A DNA stretch of 60,319 nucleotides, filler included. It is 3 parts of 3 records of this genome, joined end to end, with 100 filler letters (N's around TTAATTAATTAA, not from the genome) between each part and the next. Parts side by side here need not be neighbours in the genome. Positions count along the whole stretch, not along the records: positions 1 to 23,311 come from SRR22947727_23; positions 23,412 to 47,412 come from SRR22947727_31; 1 more part is not named here. One strand, written 5' to 3'. Of the stretch, positions 20,102 through 30,406 are shown piece by piece. Under the pieces are notes generated by a model that worked only from the letters and a program-made list of their open reading frames with translations, was not told the origin of the DNA and ran no database searches. The position numbers and the translations under genes are program-made. Every line of letters begins with the position of its first letter. Within the stretch, counting starts at the first letter, position 1.

Positions 20102-21361
20102 ATGGAAAAGTTAATAATTAAAGGCAAGAAAGAATTAAGTGGAAAAATTTCAATCTCTGGGTCTAAAAATGCAACCTTGCCAATCTTGGCAGCATCTATT
20201 CTTACCAATAAGGTTACTCTTAAAAATATTCCTTTGGTTAAAGATATTTTCACGATGGTTGAGCTTTTAAATTTTATTGGTTTAAGAGCAAAAATTCTTA
20301 AAAAAAAAAATATTATCAAAATTAACAACAATAGTAATAAAATAAATACACTAGCCCCTTATAAACTTGTTAAGACGATGAGGGCCGGAGTACTTGTTTT
20401 AGGTTCACTATTAACTAAATACGGTAAAGCAAAAGTATCTTTGCCTGGAGGATGCGCCATAGGCACAAGACCTGTTGACCTACATTTATTTGCTTTAAAG
20501 AAACTGGGAGCAAAAATAAGAATTAAAGATGGATACATAATAGCCGAAGCAAAAAATGGTTTAAAAGGCAATATTATTAAGTTTCCCAGTATTTCGGTGG
20601 GAGCAACAGAAAATGCATTGTTAGCTGCTGCTAAAGCAGAAGGAACAACAGTCCTTAAAAATTGTGCAATTGAGCCAGAAGTAAAAGACTTAATAAAATT
20701 TCTTAAAAAATTAGGGTTAATTATTAACTTAAAAGGTAGAAACATAATTATTAAACACAGGAAAATAAAAAATTTACAAATTATTCATAGTGTGATTTTT
20801 GATAGAATAGAACTTGGCACTTATTTGATCGCTAGCGCATTGCAGGTAAAAAATAATATAACAATCGATAAAATTGATCCAAAAATTATTAAGAGCGAAA
20901 TAAATATTTTGAAAAAAATAGGTGTTAAAATAAAACAAAAAAAAACATCAATCATAATTAAAAAAAATAAAAAATTAAAAAATATAAATATTTCAACAAA
21001 ACCCTACCCTGGCTTTCCAACTGATTTACAAGCTCAACTAATGGTGCTTTTAACTCAAGCAAACGGTGTTTCTAAAATAAGAGAGGATATATTTGAAAAT
21101 AGATTTATGCATGTACCAGAATTAAAAAGAATGGGAGCAGACATTGAAATTAAAAACAAGACAGCAATTATTAAAGGTCCCACTAAATTAACTGGAGCTG
21201 AAGTTATGGCTACAGACTTAAGAGCTTCAGTCAGTTTAGTTCTGGCTGGATTAGTAGCAGAAAATAGAACTATTATAAATCGTATTTATCATCTTGATAG
21301 AGGGTATGAATTTTTGGAAAGCAAATTAAAAAGTTGTAAAGCTGAAATTAAAAGGGTCTAA
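20102..21361 (+). CDS. murA: UDP-N-acetylglucosamine 1-carboxyvinyltransferase
   Basis: GSKNA.LP, LPGGCAIGTRPVDLH, SVGATEN, PGFPTDLQAQ, TDLRA, HLDRGYE. Confidence 0.98.
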   Translation: MEKLIIKGKKELSGKISISGSKNATLPILAASILTNKVTLKNIPLVKDIFTMVELLNFIGLRAKILKKKNIIKINNNSNKINTLAPYKLVKTMRAGVLVLGSLLTKYGKAKVSLPGGCAIGTRPVDLHLFALKKLGAKIRIKDGYIIAEAKNGLKGNIIKFPSISVGATENALLAAAKAEGTTVLKNCAIEPEVKDLIKFLKKLGLIINLKGRNIIIKHRKIKNLQIIHSVIFDRIELGTYLIASALQVKNNITIDKIDPKIIKSEINILKKIGVKIKQKKTSIIIKKNKKLKNINISTKPYPGFPTDLQAQLMVLLTQANGVSKIREDIFENRFMHVPELKRMGADIEIKNKTAIIKGPTKLTGAEVMATDLRASVSLVLAGLVAENRTIINRIYHLDRGYEFLESKLKSCKAEIKRV

Positions 21362-21362
21362 A

Positions 21363-21806
21363 ATGAAGCCTAAAAATCTTAAACTAATTGCAAGAAAAGA
21401 AGAAGATTTGAGAGTAGTATCCGCACATCTTCAAGACTCAATAGTAAGTGTTTCTGATATAGCTAACTTAAAGAAAAACAAAATTTTTCTTATGCAGCTA
21501 AATCGATTTATGTGGGAAGACGTTGAAAAAGGAGTATTTAGGAAAAATAAACGCATAAGGACAATTTTAAAATTTGAAAATGTTCTCAAAATATTATCAA
21601 AAAACATCAACCAACTTAGTAAAGATAAATTTTTAGATTTTCTAGCTATTGAAACAAATGTAACTCCTGATAATAACTATGAAATGAAAATTATTTTTGC
21701 TGGCGACTCAATAATAAAAGTAATTTCTGAGGTAATAGAGGTAACGCTAGATGATCAAGGAGAAGCCTGGGATACAAAAAGTAAACCAAAGCATCAAACA
21801 TTATAA
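21363..21806 (+). CDS. DUF2948-family protein
   Basis: LKLIA...EDL.VVSA.LQDS, NRF.WE, LDD.G..W. Usual murA-DUF2948-hisD position. Confidence 0.88.
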   Translation: MKPKNLKLIARKEEDLRVVSAHLQDSIVSVSDIANLKKNKIFLMQLNRFMWEDVEKGVFRKNKRIRTILKFENVLKILSKNINQLSKDKFLDFLAIETNVTPDNNYEMKIIFAGDSIIKVISEVIEVTLDDQGEAWDTKSKPKHQTL

Positions 21807-23104
21807 TGTTAAAAACTTTAAATTATAACAATCAAAATTCTTTGAAGATTCTAGAGTTATTTCTAGATAAGAGAAAATCTATTCAAAAAAATCAAACTTC
21901 AGCAGTAAGTAAAATTATTAAAAATGTAAAAAAAAATGGAGATAGAGCAGTTTTAAATTATGAAAAAAAATTTTCAAAAATCAAAAAAAAAACAAAAAAA
22001 TTATCTTTTTCAAATAAAGAAATAAATATTTTTTTAAGAAGAACTGATAAAGAATTAAAGAAAGCGATTGATTTAGCTTACAATCGAATAAAAAAATTTC
22101 ATTCAAAGCAAAAATTTTTATCCTATAAATTTAAAGATAAGTACAAGAATGAATTATCTTATAAATATTCACCTATTGAAAAAGTTGGTGTTTATGTTCC
22201 GGGTGGCACGGCAAGTTACCCGAGCACTGTTTTGATGAATTGCATACCCGCAATTGTTGCTGGAGTAAAAAATATATATTTAACTACACCAGCATTAGAC
22301 TCTAAAATAAATCCAGCTATAGTTTATGCTGCAAAAAAATGTGGTGTAAAAAAAATTTATAAAACTGGTGGAGCTCACTCAATAGCCGCATTTGCTTATG
22401 GAACAAAAAATTTTGAAAAGGTAGATAAAATAGTGGGCCCGGGAAATACATTTGTTGCTTGCGCAAAAAAAGAGGTGTTTGGTGATGTAGGAATTGATAT
22501 GGTAGCAGGGCCATCTGAAGTAAGTGTAGTAGCAGATAAATCTGCCGATCCAGATTTAGTTGCTGCGGACCTTATTGCCCAAGCAGAACATGATGTCAAT
22601 GCTCAATCCATTTTGATAACTGACAATAAGAATTTAATTAAATTAGTAAATTTATCTTTGAAAAAACAATTAATAAAATTACCAAAAAAAAAAATAGCAT
22701 CTCGAAGTTTAAAATATTTTGGATTAGCTATTTTTACTAAAAGTAAAAAAAAAATTATAGAAATAATTAATACAATTGCCCCAGAACATCTGGAACTTTG
22801 TACGAATTATAATAACGAAATTATTAAAGGTGTAAAAAATGCAGGGTCTATTTTTATAGGAAAATTTTCACCAGAGGCTATCGGAGATTATATAGCTGGA
22901 CCTAACCACGTTTTACCTACCTCAGGATCTGCTAGATTTTCATCAGGTCTATCAGTTAATGATTTTTTAAAAAAACACTCTTTAATAAAAATAACAAAAA
23001 CAGGTATTGAAAGATTAAGCGCATCGGTTATAAATTTAGCCAAGCATGAGAATTTAGAAGGTCATGCTAACTCAGTTAAAATAAGATTAAAAAAAGGAAA
23101 TTAA
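21806..23104 (+). CDS. hisD: Histidinol dehydrogenase
   Basis: GVYVPGG, KIVGPGN, IDMVAGPSE, QAEHD, APEHLE, GPNHVLPT. Confidence 0.97.
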   Translation: MLKTLNYNNQNSLKILELFLDKRKSIQKNQTSAVSKIIKNVKKNGDRAVLNYEKKFSKIKKKTKKLSFSNKEINIFLRRTDKELKKAIDLAYNRIKKFHSKQKFLSYKFKDKYKNELSYKYSPIEKVGVYVPGGTASYPSTVLMNCIPAIVAGVKNIYLTTPALDSKINPAIVYAAKKCGVKKIYKTGGAHSIAAFAYGTKNFEKVDKIVGPGNTFVACAKKEVFGDVGIDMVAGPSEVSVVADKSADPDLVAADLIAQAEHDVNAQSILITDNKNLIKLVNLSLKKQLIKLPKKKIASRSLKYFGLAIFTKSKKKIIEIINTIAPEHLELCTNYNNEIIKGVKNAGSIFIGKFSPEAIGDYIAGPNHVLPTSGSARFSSGLSVNDFLKKHSLIKITKTGIERLSASVINLAKHENLEGHANSVKIRLKKGN

Positions 23105-23311
23105 TTGGCTAAACAAGAAACTTTAGAATTTAAGGGGAAAGTAACAGAGCTTTTACCCAATGCTATGTTTAGAGTAAAATTAGAGAATAACCATGAAATT
23201 TTAGCTCATACTGCTGGAAAATTGAGAAAGAATAGAATTAGAGTTCTTGCAGGAGATAATGTTATGGTCGAAATGACGCCATATGATTTAACTAAAGGTA
23301 GAATTACTTTT
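23105..23311 (+). CDS. infA: Translation initiation factor IF-1 (last codons cut by contig end)
   Basis: [41 protein letters not shown] start after AAAGGA. Confidence 0.97.
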
Positions 23312-23411
23312 NNNNNNNNNNNNNNNNNNNNNNNNNNNNNNNNNNNNNNNNNNNNTTAATTAATTAANNNNNNNNNNNNNNNNNNNNNNNNNNNNNNNNN
23401 NNNNNNNNNNN
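23312..23411. other. Artificial contig linker
   Basis: N44-TTAATTAATTAA-N44, which places stops in all six frames. Confidence 0.98.
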
Positions 23412-23509
23412 ATAAAGTATATTTTATAAAAATTCCTTTTTTACTCAATTTTAATTTTATAAATTTGAAAAAAACACTTATAGAAATTGAAAAATAAGAA
23501 ATCTTAAAA

Positions 23510-24211
23510 TTAATTTTTTTTCTTAAAAATAAAACAAAATTCATTCATTTGGATTCTTTTAGGAAAAAAAAATAAAATAAATTTATATATTTGTCTTTTG
23601 TAAAATGTTTGAGGTAAGCCAACATAATACATTGTCCTATCAAGTTTAAATTTTTTTTTAAGAGCTTCAGAATTTAATATTTTTTTTGCTAACTTATATT
23701 GTATTAGCCATTGATGTTTGTGACCTGCTTTAGAGCCAACTAAATCTAGGCCATGCGTTAGAATTCCTTGTCCAAATAAAAACCTCAATCTAGATATTAA
23801 ATAATCTTCATTTGGTAAACTCACTACCACATATTTATTTGATTTTTTTAAAGCAATATTAAATAATTTTGTAAAAGTGTCTGTGTGTTCTAAAACATCC
23901 ATTATAGCAACACAATTAAATTTTTTTTTTAATCGATTTAAATAATTATCAGTTTTATTTGGTGTTTTAAAATATTTGATTTTTGAATTTTTATTGATTT
24001 TTTTTATACCAGCGTTAGCGTCAACACCCAAATAATCTATATTTTTTTTCATTAGACTCATCAAAATGCCATCGCCACATCCAATATCTAAAAAACTTTT
24101 AATATCAGTTTGATTTTTAATAAATAGTTTAATGAACGAGTATGATGCTGATGAAGGACCTTTTGAAAAAATAGTATTTTCTTTAATATAGATATTATTT
24201 AAATATTTCAT
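23510..24211 (-). CDS. Class I SAM-dependent methyltransferase
   Basis: FLDIGCGDG, YLGVD, DVLEH, VSLPN. Confidence 0.88.
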   Translation of the reverse strand: MKYLNNIYIKENTIFSKGPSSASYSFIKLFIKNQTDIKSFLDIGCGDGILMSLMKKNIDYLGVDANAGIKKINKNSKIKYFKTPNKTDNYLNRLKKKFNCVAIMDVLEHTDTFTKLFNIALKKSNKYVVVSLPNEDYLISRLRFLFGQGILTHGLDLVGSKAGHKHQWLIQYKLAKKILNSEALKKKFKLDRTMYYVGLPQTFYKRQIYKFILFFFPKRIQMNEFCFIFKKKN

Positions 24212-25310
24212 ATGTAAAATTTGCTAGTTTTTTGTTTCCACCTGGAAGTATATGCATGTCAAGAGGAATAAAATCTTCATAGTTAAATAAGTTAATTGGA
24301 TAATAAACATTATCATAAAAACTTTCTAAAAAGTTTACTATTTTAGATCTTCCAAAATTGATATTCTTATTAAACATAAAAATATTGCTATATTTGTCTT
24401 TAGATTCTTGAAATAAAAATTCATCATTAGGGATTATTATAAAAACACACTCAATTTTATAAGTACTACAGCGTTCATTAATGTGATTAATATGCTTTTG
24501 TGCAACATTTTTTTGAATTTCAAATTCATACTCTCCTGGATCAAATATTTGATTAAAATAATCAGGATTTCTTAAAGCTAACTTATAAAAATTTTCATTT
24601 AAAATTCCAGATGAAAAATCATTTTTTATATTTTCAGGGGTATCATTCATTTTTTGAATGGCTTCACTGAGACTTACCTCAAAATAAGTATTGGTATTAT
24701 AAATTTGTCGAACATAATTTTCGTCAATAGAATTTTTAAGAAAAAATTTTTTTATAAATTCTCTCCAAATAATATTAAGAGCTTTTGTTGATTTAATAAA
24801 ATTTTTTATTAAATTATTTTTTCTTTCTGAAGAATTAATGTCAGAATAATCAAAGATATTTTTGTTTTTAATTGATATATCTTCAATTCTTGAATTTTTT
24901 TTGTGATATCTAAACTCAAAAAAATCATTTCCTTCATACAGGTAAAATATAGCTTTTTTTAAATTAAGATTTGAATTTAAAGTATTTTGAAAACGGTTAA
25001 TATAATTTGCTATAGATGTTCCTGACATGCCAAAATTACAGACTTCATAATTTAGATACTTCTTTTCTAAGAGCTTTGAAATATTTTCTTCATTGTCACC
25101 ATACCATTCAGTAAATGAGTCGCCATAAATAGCTAGTATATTTTCTGTATTGCTACATTTATCAATTTTATCATCAATATTGTTATTTGACATATGGCCA
25201 TAACCTGGAAATAAATTTGGATTTAATGAGGCATATACTTCAAATAAAAATAAAGAAGCTATAGATGAGATAATAAAAATAAACATATAAACTAATAATT
25301 TTCTTTTCAT
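24195..25310 (-). CDS. Membrane-anchored SGNH/GDSL-fold protein
   Basis: N-terminal TM helix; blocks GDSF, NFGMSG, EGND and C-terminal DMH (DxH). Confidence 0.78.
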   Translation of the reverse strand: MKRKLLVYMFIFIISSIASLFLFEVYASLNPNLFPGYGHMSNNNIDDKIDKCSNTENILAIYGDSFTEWYGDNEENISKLLEKKYLNYEVCNFGMSGTSIANYINRFQNTLNSNLNLKKAIFYLYEGNDFFEFRYHKKNSRIEDISIKNKNIFDYSDINSSERKNNLIKNFIKSTKALNIIWREFIKKFFLKNSIDENYVRQIYNTNTYFEVSLSEAIQKMNDTPENIKNDFSSGILNENFYKLALRNPDYFNQIFDPGEYEFEIQKNVAQKHINHINERCSTYKIECVFIIIPNDEFLFQESKDKYSNIFMFNKNINFGRSKIVNFLESFYDNVYYPINLFNYEDFIPLDMHILPGGNKKLANFTYEIFK

Positions 25311-26086
25311 TTTTTATTTAACTCAAAAGCAAAACAATCTTTATCTATAAATTTCTTTTTATATCCTGATGAAATAATCTTATTTTCAATAATTTTTAAT
25401 TCGTTTTTCGATATAATGTTAAAATGATACTCAACTAGAATTTTATTAATTTTTCTCCCGTTTATTAAATTCATCATTCCATCTAAAACTTTCAGCTCGT
25501 AACCCTCTACATCTATTTTAATTAAATCAATTTTAAAATTAAATCTTTTTTTTTTATAAAAGTTATCTAATGATTTAATTATAATTTTTTGAATTTTATT
25601 TGAATATTTATATTTGTAGACAATTGAAGAAGAGCCCTCATTTTTCTCATGATAAACATTTATTATAGAGGATTTATTTTTATCTCCAATAGCAAAATTA
25701 TATATTTTACAATTTTTAATATTATTTAATGAAAGATTTTTTTTAATTATCTTAATTAATAATTTAACAGGCTCAAATGAGTATGTTTTTCCAAGATAAT
25801 TTTTTTTTGAGGCTAATACTGAATAATAACCTTCATTACAACCAATATCAAAAAAAATTGAATTTTTTTTTAAATTTTTAAAAACATAGTTGGTGATTTT
25901 ATATTCATAAATTTTTTGATCATTTAATAAAAGTCCAATAAAATTAAATGGGTCAATAAAAAATTTTATTCCATATCTTTTTAATTTTACTACTTTTCGT
26001 CTATTTAATGAGTTGCCATAAAATAAATTGATTAGAAATATACTTAGAAATGCTGGTCTAATTTTTAATATTATATTTTTAATCAC
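25307..26086 (-). CDS. FkbM-family methyltransferase
   Basis: FFDIGCNEGYYS, SFEP, LIKIDVEGYE. Confidence 0.92.
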   Translation of the reverse strand: MIKNIILKIRPAFLSIFLINLFYGNSLNRRKVVKLKRYGIKFFIDPFNFIGLLLNDQKIYEYKITNYVFKNLKKNSIFFDIGCNEGYYSVLASKKNYLGKTYSFEPVKLLIKIIKKNLSLNNIKNCKIYNFAIGDKNKSSIINVYHEKNEGSSSIVYKYKYSNKIQKIIIKSLDNFYKKKRFNFKIDLIKIDVEGYELKVLDGMMNLINGRKINKILVEYHFNIISKNELKIIENKIISSGYKKKFIDKDCFAFELNKK

Positions 26087-27830
26087 TCAATCTACTAATT
26101 ATGAAGTTTTCTAATACTAACACATCCATTTTTGTTCTTAAAAAACAATCAATAGCCTCCTCTGGTTTACATATTATTGGTTCATTTTCATTAAATGAAG
26201 TATTTAAAACCAATGGCACATTTGTAATTTCATAAAAATTATTTATTAAATTGTAGTATCTTTTATTAGTTTCTTTATAAACTGTTTGCAACCTTCCTGA
26301 ACCATCTACATGAGTAACTGCTGGTATTATTTTTCTTTTATCTTTTTTAATTTGAAATACTTTCATCATAAAAGGAACTTCATCATCAGTTTCAAACCAA
26401 TCAGAAACATGATCTCTCATAATTGATGGTGCAAAAGGTCTAAAACTCTCCCTTCTTTTAATCTTTATATTTAAAATTTCCTGCATATCTAATCTTCTAG
26501 GGTCTGCTAATATTGATCTATTGCCAAGAGCTCTTGGCCCCCACTCCATTTTTCCATGAAACCAACCTACAACTTTGCCATTTGATATTTCTTTAGCAAT
26601 TTTTTCAGTTAAAATATTATCTTTTTCAAAATAGCTTACTTCACAACTTTGATTTTCTAATCTATTTTTTTCTTTATCAATAACTAAACTTATTTGATCA
26701 TTCGTATATGAATTACCCCATGACGCATGTTTCATTGTAAATTTTTTCTCTTTTTTAAGAATTTTATGCCATGTTGTATAAGCAGCTCCAAGTGCACCAC
26801 CAGCATCACCTGCAGCTGGTTGAATATAAACTTTTTTAAAGGGTGTAAATTTTTTAATTTTACCGTTAGCTACTGAATTCATTCCACATCCTCCAGCAAT
26901 ACAAATATTTTCATTTTTATAAATTTTATAAATTTTATTTAAAAGATTAAAAAAAGCTTTTTCATATAGTGCTTGTGTTGAGTGTGCTAGATCTTTGTGA
27001 AATTGATTTATTTCATCATTTTTACCTCTAGGTTTACCTAAAATTTCACACATCTTATTTGAATAAAGATTACCAATTTTTAACTCACCATTCTCAAAAT
27101 CATAATTATGAAATGATTTGTGAAAAACATAATAATCTAAGTTTAATTTAAAAGTTCCATCTTCTTTTAATATTAGGATTTTTTCTAATTTATCTACTAA
27201 TGTTGGTTTTCCATAAGGAGCTAATCCCATTATTTTGTATTCATCACCATAATTATTAAATCCTAAAAATTGTGTTATTGATGAATAAAAAGCCCCTAGT
27301 GAATGGGGAAAAAATATTTTATTTTCAATTTTTATATTATTGTTTGAGCCATAACCCCATGCTGTACTAGAAAAATCACCAAATGCATCAACAGAAATAA
27401 TGCACGACTCTTTAAAAGGAGAAACATTAAATGCTGAAGATAAATGAGCTTCATGATGCTCAATATTAATTATTTTGCCTTTGAACTTATCCTCTGAAAA
27501 ATCTTTTTTTAAAATTTTATTTAGTGTTTCATATTTTTTCTTAAATTTTAATCTATCTAATATAAGATAAAGACTTGGCATATACCTTAGAATATGCAAA
27601 AATTTTTTAAACAAATTTACTTTAGGGTCCCTATTGATCGAAATATAATCGACATCCGAAAGTTTAATATTAGCCTCTTTAAGGCAGTGTTTAATCGATA
27701 ATATTGGAAAGCCTGCCCAATGTTTTATTCTTGTAATTCTTTCCTCCTCAATTGCAGTAATTAAAACACCATCATTAATAATGCATGCTGATGAGTCGGG
27801 ATGATACGCATTAATTCCTAAAATATACAT
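26079..27830 (-). CDS. O-carbamoyltransferase (NodU/CmcH family)
   Basis: EEER..RIKH, EHHEAH, EYKIMGLAPYG, AGGCGMNSVAN, GPRALGNRS, FRPFAPS, LNTSFN. Confidence 0.95.
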   Translation of the reverse strand: MYILGINAYHPDSSACIINDGVLITAIEEERITRIKHWAGFPILSIKHCLKEANIKLSDVDYISINRDPKVNLFKKFLHILRYMPSLYLILDRLKFKKKYETLNKILKKDFSEDKFKGKIINIEHHEAHLSSAFNVSPFKESCIISVDAFGDFSSTAWGYGSNNNIKIENKIFFPHSLGAFYSSITQFLGFNNYGDEYKIMGLAPYGKPTLVDKLEKILILKEDGTFKLNLDYYVFHKSFHNYDFENGELKIGNLYSNKMCEILGKPRGKNDEINQFHKDLAHSTQALYEKAFFNLLNKIYKIYKNENICIAGGCGMNSVANGKIKKFTPFKKVYIQPAAGDAGGALGAAYTTWHKILKKEKKFTMKHASWGNSYTNDQISLVIDKEKNRLENQSCEVSYFEKDNILTEKIAKEISNGKVVGWFHGKMEWGPRALGNRSILADPRRLDMQEILNIKIKRRESFRPFAPSIMRDHVSDWFETDDEVPFMMKVFQIKKDKRKIIPAVTHVDGSGRLQTVYKETNKRYYNLINNFYEITNVPLVLNTSFNENEPIICKPEEAIDCFLRTKMDVLVLENFIISRLSD

Positions 27831-27883
27831 TCAATATATATGCTTTATATATATTATTTTAAATATTTACAGATATATTACTA

Positions 27884-29224
27884 ATGGAGTTTATAAAGGG
27901 AAATTTAATAAAAATTACTCAAATGTTTTTTAAAACCTCAAGACTAAAAAAAAATATTTTTTCTGTGATTTCAATTACATCATTTAAAATTTTAACACAG
28001 ATTTTTTTTCCTCCTCTTATGATTTTTTTTTGGGGAGTTGATAATTTTGGTATTTGGGTATTTCTTATTTCTATTCCCAGTATTATTCAAATATTTAACT
28101 TTAATTTAACTGATGCATCAATTAATCAAATGTCAATATATAATGCTCAGAAAAAGTATAAGGAATCAAATAAGATATTTCAAAATACAATTGTATTTGT
28201 TCTTTTAAATATTTTATTTTTTTCCATGATGTTAATAATTTTTAATTTAGTAAAAGATTTTAATTTTACAATTTTAAATCAAATTAATGTTGAAGATTTA
28301 AAAATAATATTAATTTTATTATTTTCATCCGTTTATCTAAAATTATTTGAATCTATATTTACAACATCACTCTATTCAATTGGGAAGATTAATATTGGGA
28401 ATAATCTAGAAATTACAACTGATTTTTTTGCAAAATTCTTGATAATTTTTTCAGGAATATTTTACAACAATTTAATAGTGCCAGCTTTAATATATTTTAT
28501 TTTTAGTTTATTAAGATTTTTATTTAAATTTTATTTTTTTATAAAATTAAACAATCAATTAAATTTATCATTTAAATATGTATCAAAAAAAATAATTATG
28601 AGATTAATAAAACTATCAATTGGTCATATGTCTGATATATGGGCAAATTTAATAAGACATTCTGGTGTAATTTTTATTATCGGAATATTCTTAAATCCAT
28701 ACATGGTTGGATACATTTCTACTGTGAAAACTTTATTTTATTTTTTTCCCGCTTCTTTTTTCCTAAAAATTAATAGTGTTTCAAATTATGAATTTTCTAA
28801 TTTATTTGGTAAGAAAAAATTTAATTCTATTAAGAAATTTTTCTTTAAATATATTAAAATAATCCTAATATTAATATTGAGTTATTTTATTATATCTATT
28901 TTAATAGGCCCATATGTTTACAAAATATGGTTAAATAATGAGTATCAATTAAAAACACTGTTTTTATTAATCATTATTATTGATGCTAGCATGTTTATTT
29001 TAAGACAAGTCATGATATCACCCTTAACAGCTATAAACAAAAATATAACATTGGGAATTTCTGATTTTATATTTGCGATTATTGGAATTATGTTATTTTT
29101 TTTAAGTTTTTATTTCGCAAATAATTATATATATGCATTCACTTTAGTCGCAATTTGTTCAACACTAAGTTTAATATCCTCAATAATATATTCATTGTTT
29201 TTTTTTAAAAATATAAAAAAATGA
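27884..29224 (+). CDS. Wzx-like polysaccharide flippase (MOP superfamily)
   Basis: Many TM segments; N-terminal WG...FG.W pattern; glycan locus context. Start could be 27923. Confidence 0.75.
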   Translation: MEFIKGNLIKITQMFFKTSRLKKNIFSVISITSFKILTQIFFPPLMIFFWGVDNFGIWVFLISIPSIIQIFNFNLTDASINQMSIYNAQKKYKESNKIFQNTIVFVLLNILFFSMMLIIFNLVKDFNFTILNQINVEDLKIILILLFSSVYLKLFESIFTTSLYSIGKINIGNNLEITTDFFAKFLIIFSGIFYNNLIVPALIYFIFSLLRFLFKFYFFIKLNNQLNLSFKYVSKKIIMRLIKLSIGHMSDIWANLIRHSGVIFIIGIFLNPYMVGYISTVKTLFYFFPASFFLKINSVSNYEFSNLFGKKKFNSIKKFFFKYIKIILILILSYFIISILIGPYVYKIWLNNEYQLKTLFLLIIIIDASMFILRQVMISPLTAINKNITLGISDFIFAIIGIMLFFLSFYFANNYIYAFTLVAICSTLSLISSIIYSLFFFKNIKK

Positions 29225-29234
29225 AAAAAGGTTT

Positions 29235-30395
29235 ATGAATCCAAAACTAAAGTACATATTATCATGTTCTGGAAAAAATCATTATTTTGATATTGCAAAA
29301 ATTTTATCTAACAGAAATCAATTATCTAAAATTATTTGTGGATATCCTTGGTTTAAAATAAGAAAATATAATATTAATAAAGAATATGTTTCTGCAAATG
29401 GTCTATATAGAATTCTGAGAGAGCCATTAATTTCACAAAAAAAATTCAAAAGAATTGATGATTATCTAAATAATTTAAATTCTAAAAACATAGATAAAAT
29501 TACATCAAATCATATTAATAAAATCGACAATGCAGATGTTCTGATAGGTTTTGCTGGTGTTAGTTTAAATTCTGGTAAATTAATGAGAGAGAGAAAAAAA
29601 ATATATATTTGTGATAGCACATCTGCACACATTCAAGAACAAAGTAATATTCTAGCTGAAGAATATAAGGAGTTTTTAAATAAAAAATTTAGTATTGATC
29701 AAAAGGTTATCGATTATAAAATTGGTGAATATGAAAATGCAAATTTTATATTAACACCATCATCTTTTGTTAAAAAATCATTTGAAAAATTTAATTTTTC
29801 AAATATTAAAATATTAGAATTAGCAGCTGATACATCTCTTTTTTATCCAATTAATGAGATAAAAAAAAATAAAAATACATTTGATATAATATTTATCGGA
29901 AATATTTCTGTAAGAAAGGGATTACATTACTTAATTAAAGCATTTAATAATTTTAAACATCCAAATAAAAAATTACATATAGTTGGGTCTCAAACAGGAG
30001 ATAAAGATTTTTTTTACGATATGATTAAAGACGAAAGAATTGTTGTTTATGGGCATGTAAGCCAAGAAAAATTAAATAAAATAATTAATAAATGTAAGGT
30101 AAATGTTTTGCCAAGTATAGAAGATGGTTTTGGCTTGGTAGTACCACAAACTGCTGCAGCAGGATGTCCTAGTATTGTATCAGAAAATGCAGGAGCATCA
30201 GATATTGTTAAAAAAAATAAATCAGGATTTTCTATTACTGCAAGAAATTCAAGTTCAATAACTGAAAAATTACAATTATTAGCTGACGATAAAAATTTAC
30301 TTAATGAAATGTCACAAAATGCCTTAAATAACTCGAAGATAAATTCATGGGAAAATTATGTAACAAAGCTTAATGAAATAGTTGATCATCTATGA
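29235..30395 (+). CDS. GT4-family glycosyltransferase
   Basis: FIGNISVRKG, VLPSIEDGFGLVVPQTAAAGCP. Confidence 0.9.
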   Translation: MNPKLKYILSCSGKNHYFDIAKILSNRNQLSKIICGYPWFKIRKYNINKEYVSANGLYRILREPLISQKKFKRIDDYLNNLNSKNIDKITSNHINKIDNADVLIGFAGVSLNSGKLMRERKKIYICDSTSAHIQEQSNILAEEYKEFLNKKFSIDQKVIDYKIGEYENANFILTPSSFVKKSFEKFNFSNIKILELAADTSLFYPINEIKKNKNTFDIIFIGNISVRKGLHYLIKAFNNFKHPNKKLHIVGSQTGDKDFFYDMIKDERIVVYGHVSQEKLNKIINKCKVNVLPSIEDGFGLVVPQTAAAGCPSIVSENAGASDIVKKNKSGFSITARNSSSITEKLQLLADDKNLLNEMSQNALNNSKINSWENYVTKLNEIVDHL

Positions 30396-30406
30396 TATTA
30401 GCTAAG

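Noticed and set aside
23105-23359. Apparently extended or truncated infA
   Set aside because: Caused by the contig end, not a pseudogene.
23312-23411. Palindromic TTAATTAATTAA flanked by N runs, repeated at 47413-47512
   Set aside because: Synthetic six-frame-stop linker between contigs, not a biological repeat or att site. It also means infA is not shown to border the glycan island.
23356-23544. 62-aa minus-strand ORF running into the linker
   Set aside because: Its stop comes from the linker, it overlaps the methyltransferase end, and it has no recognisable motif.
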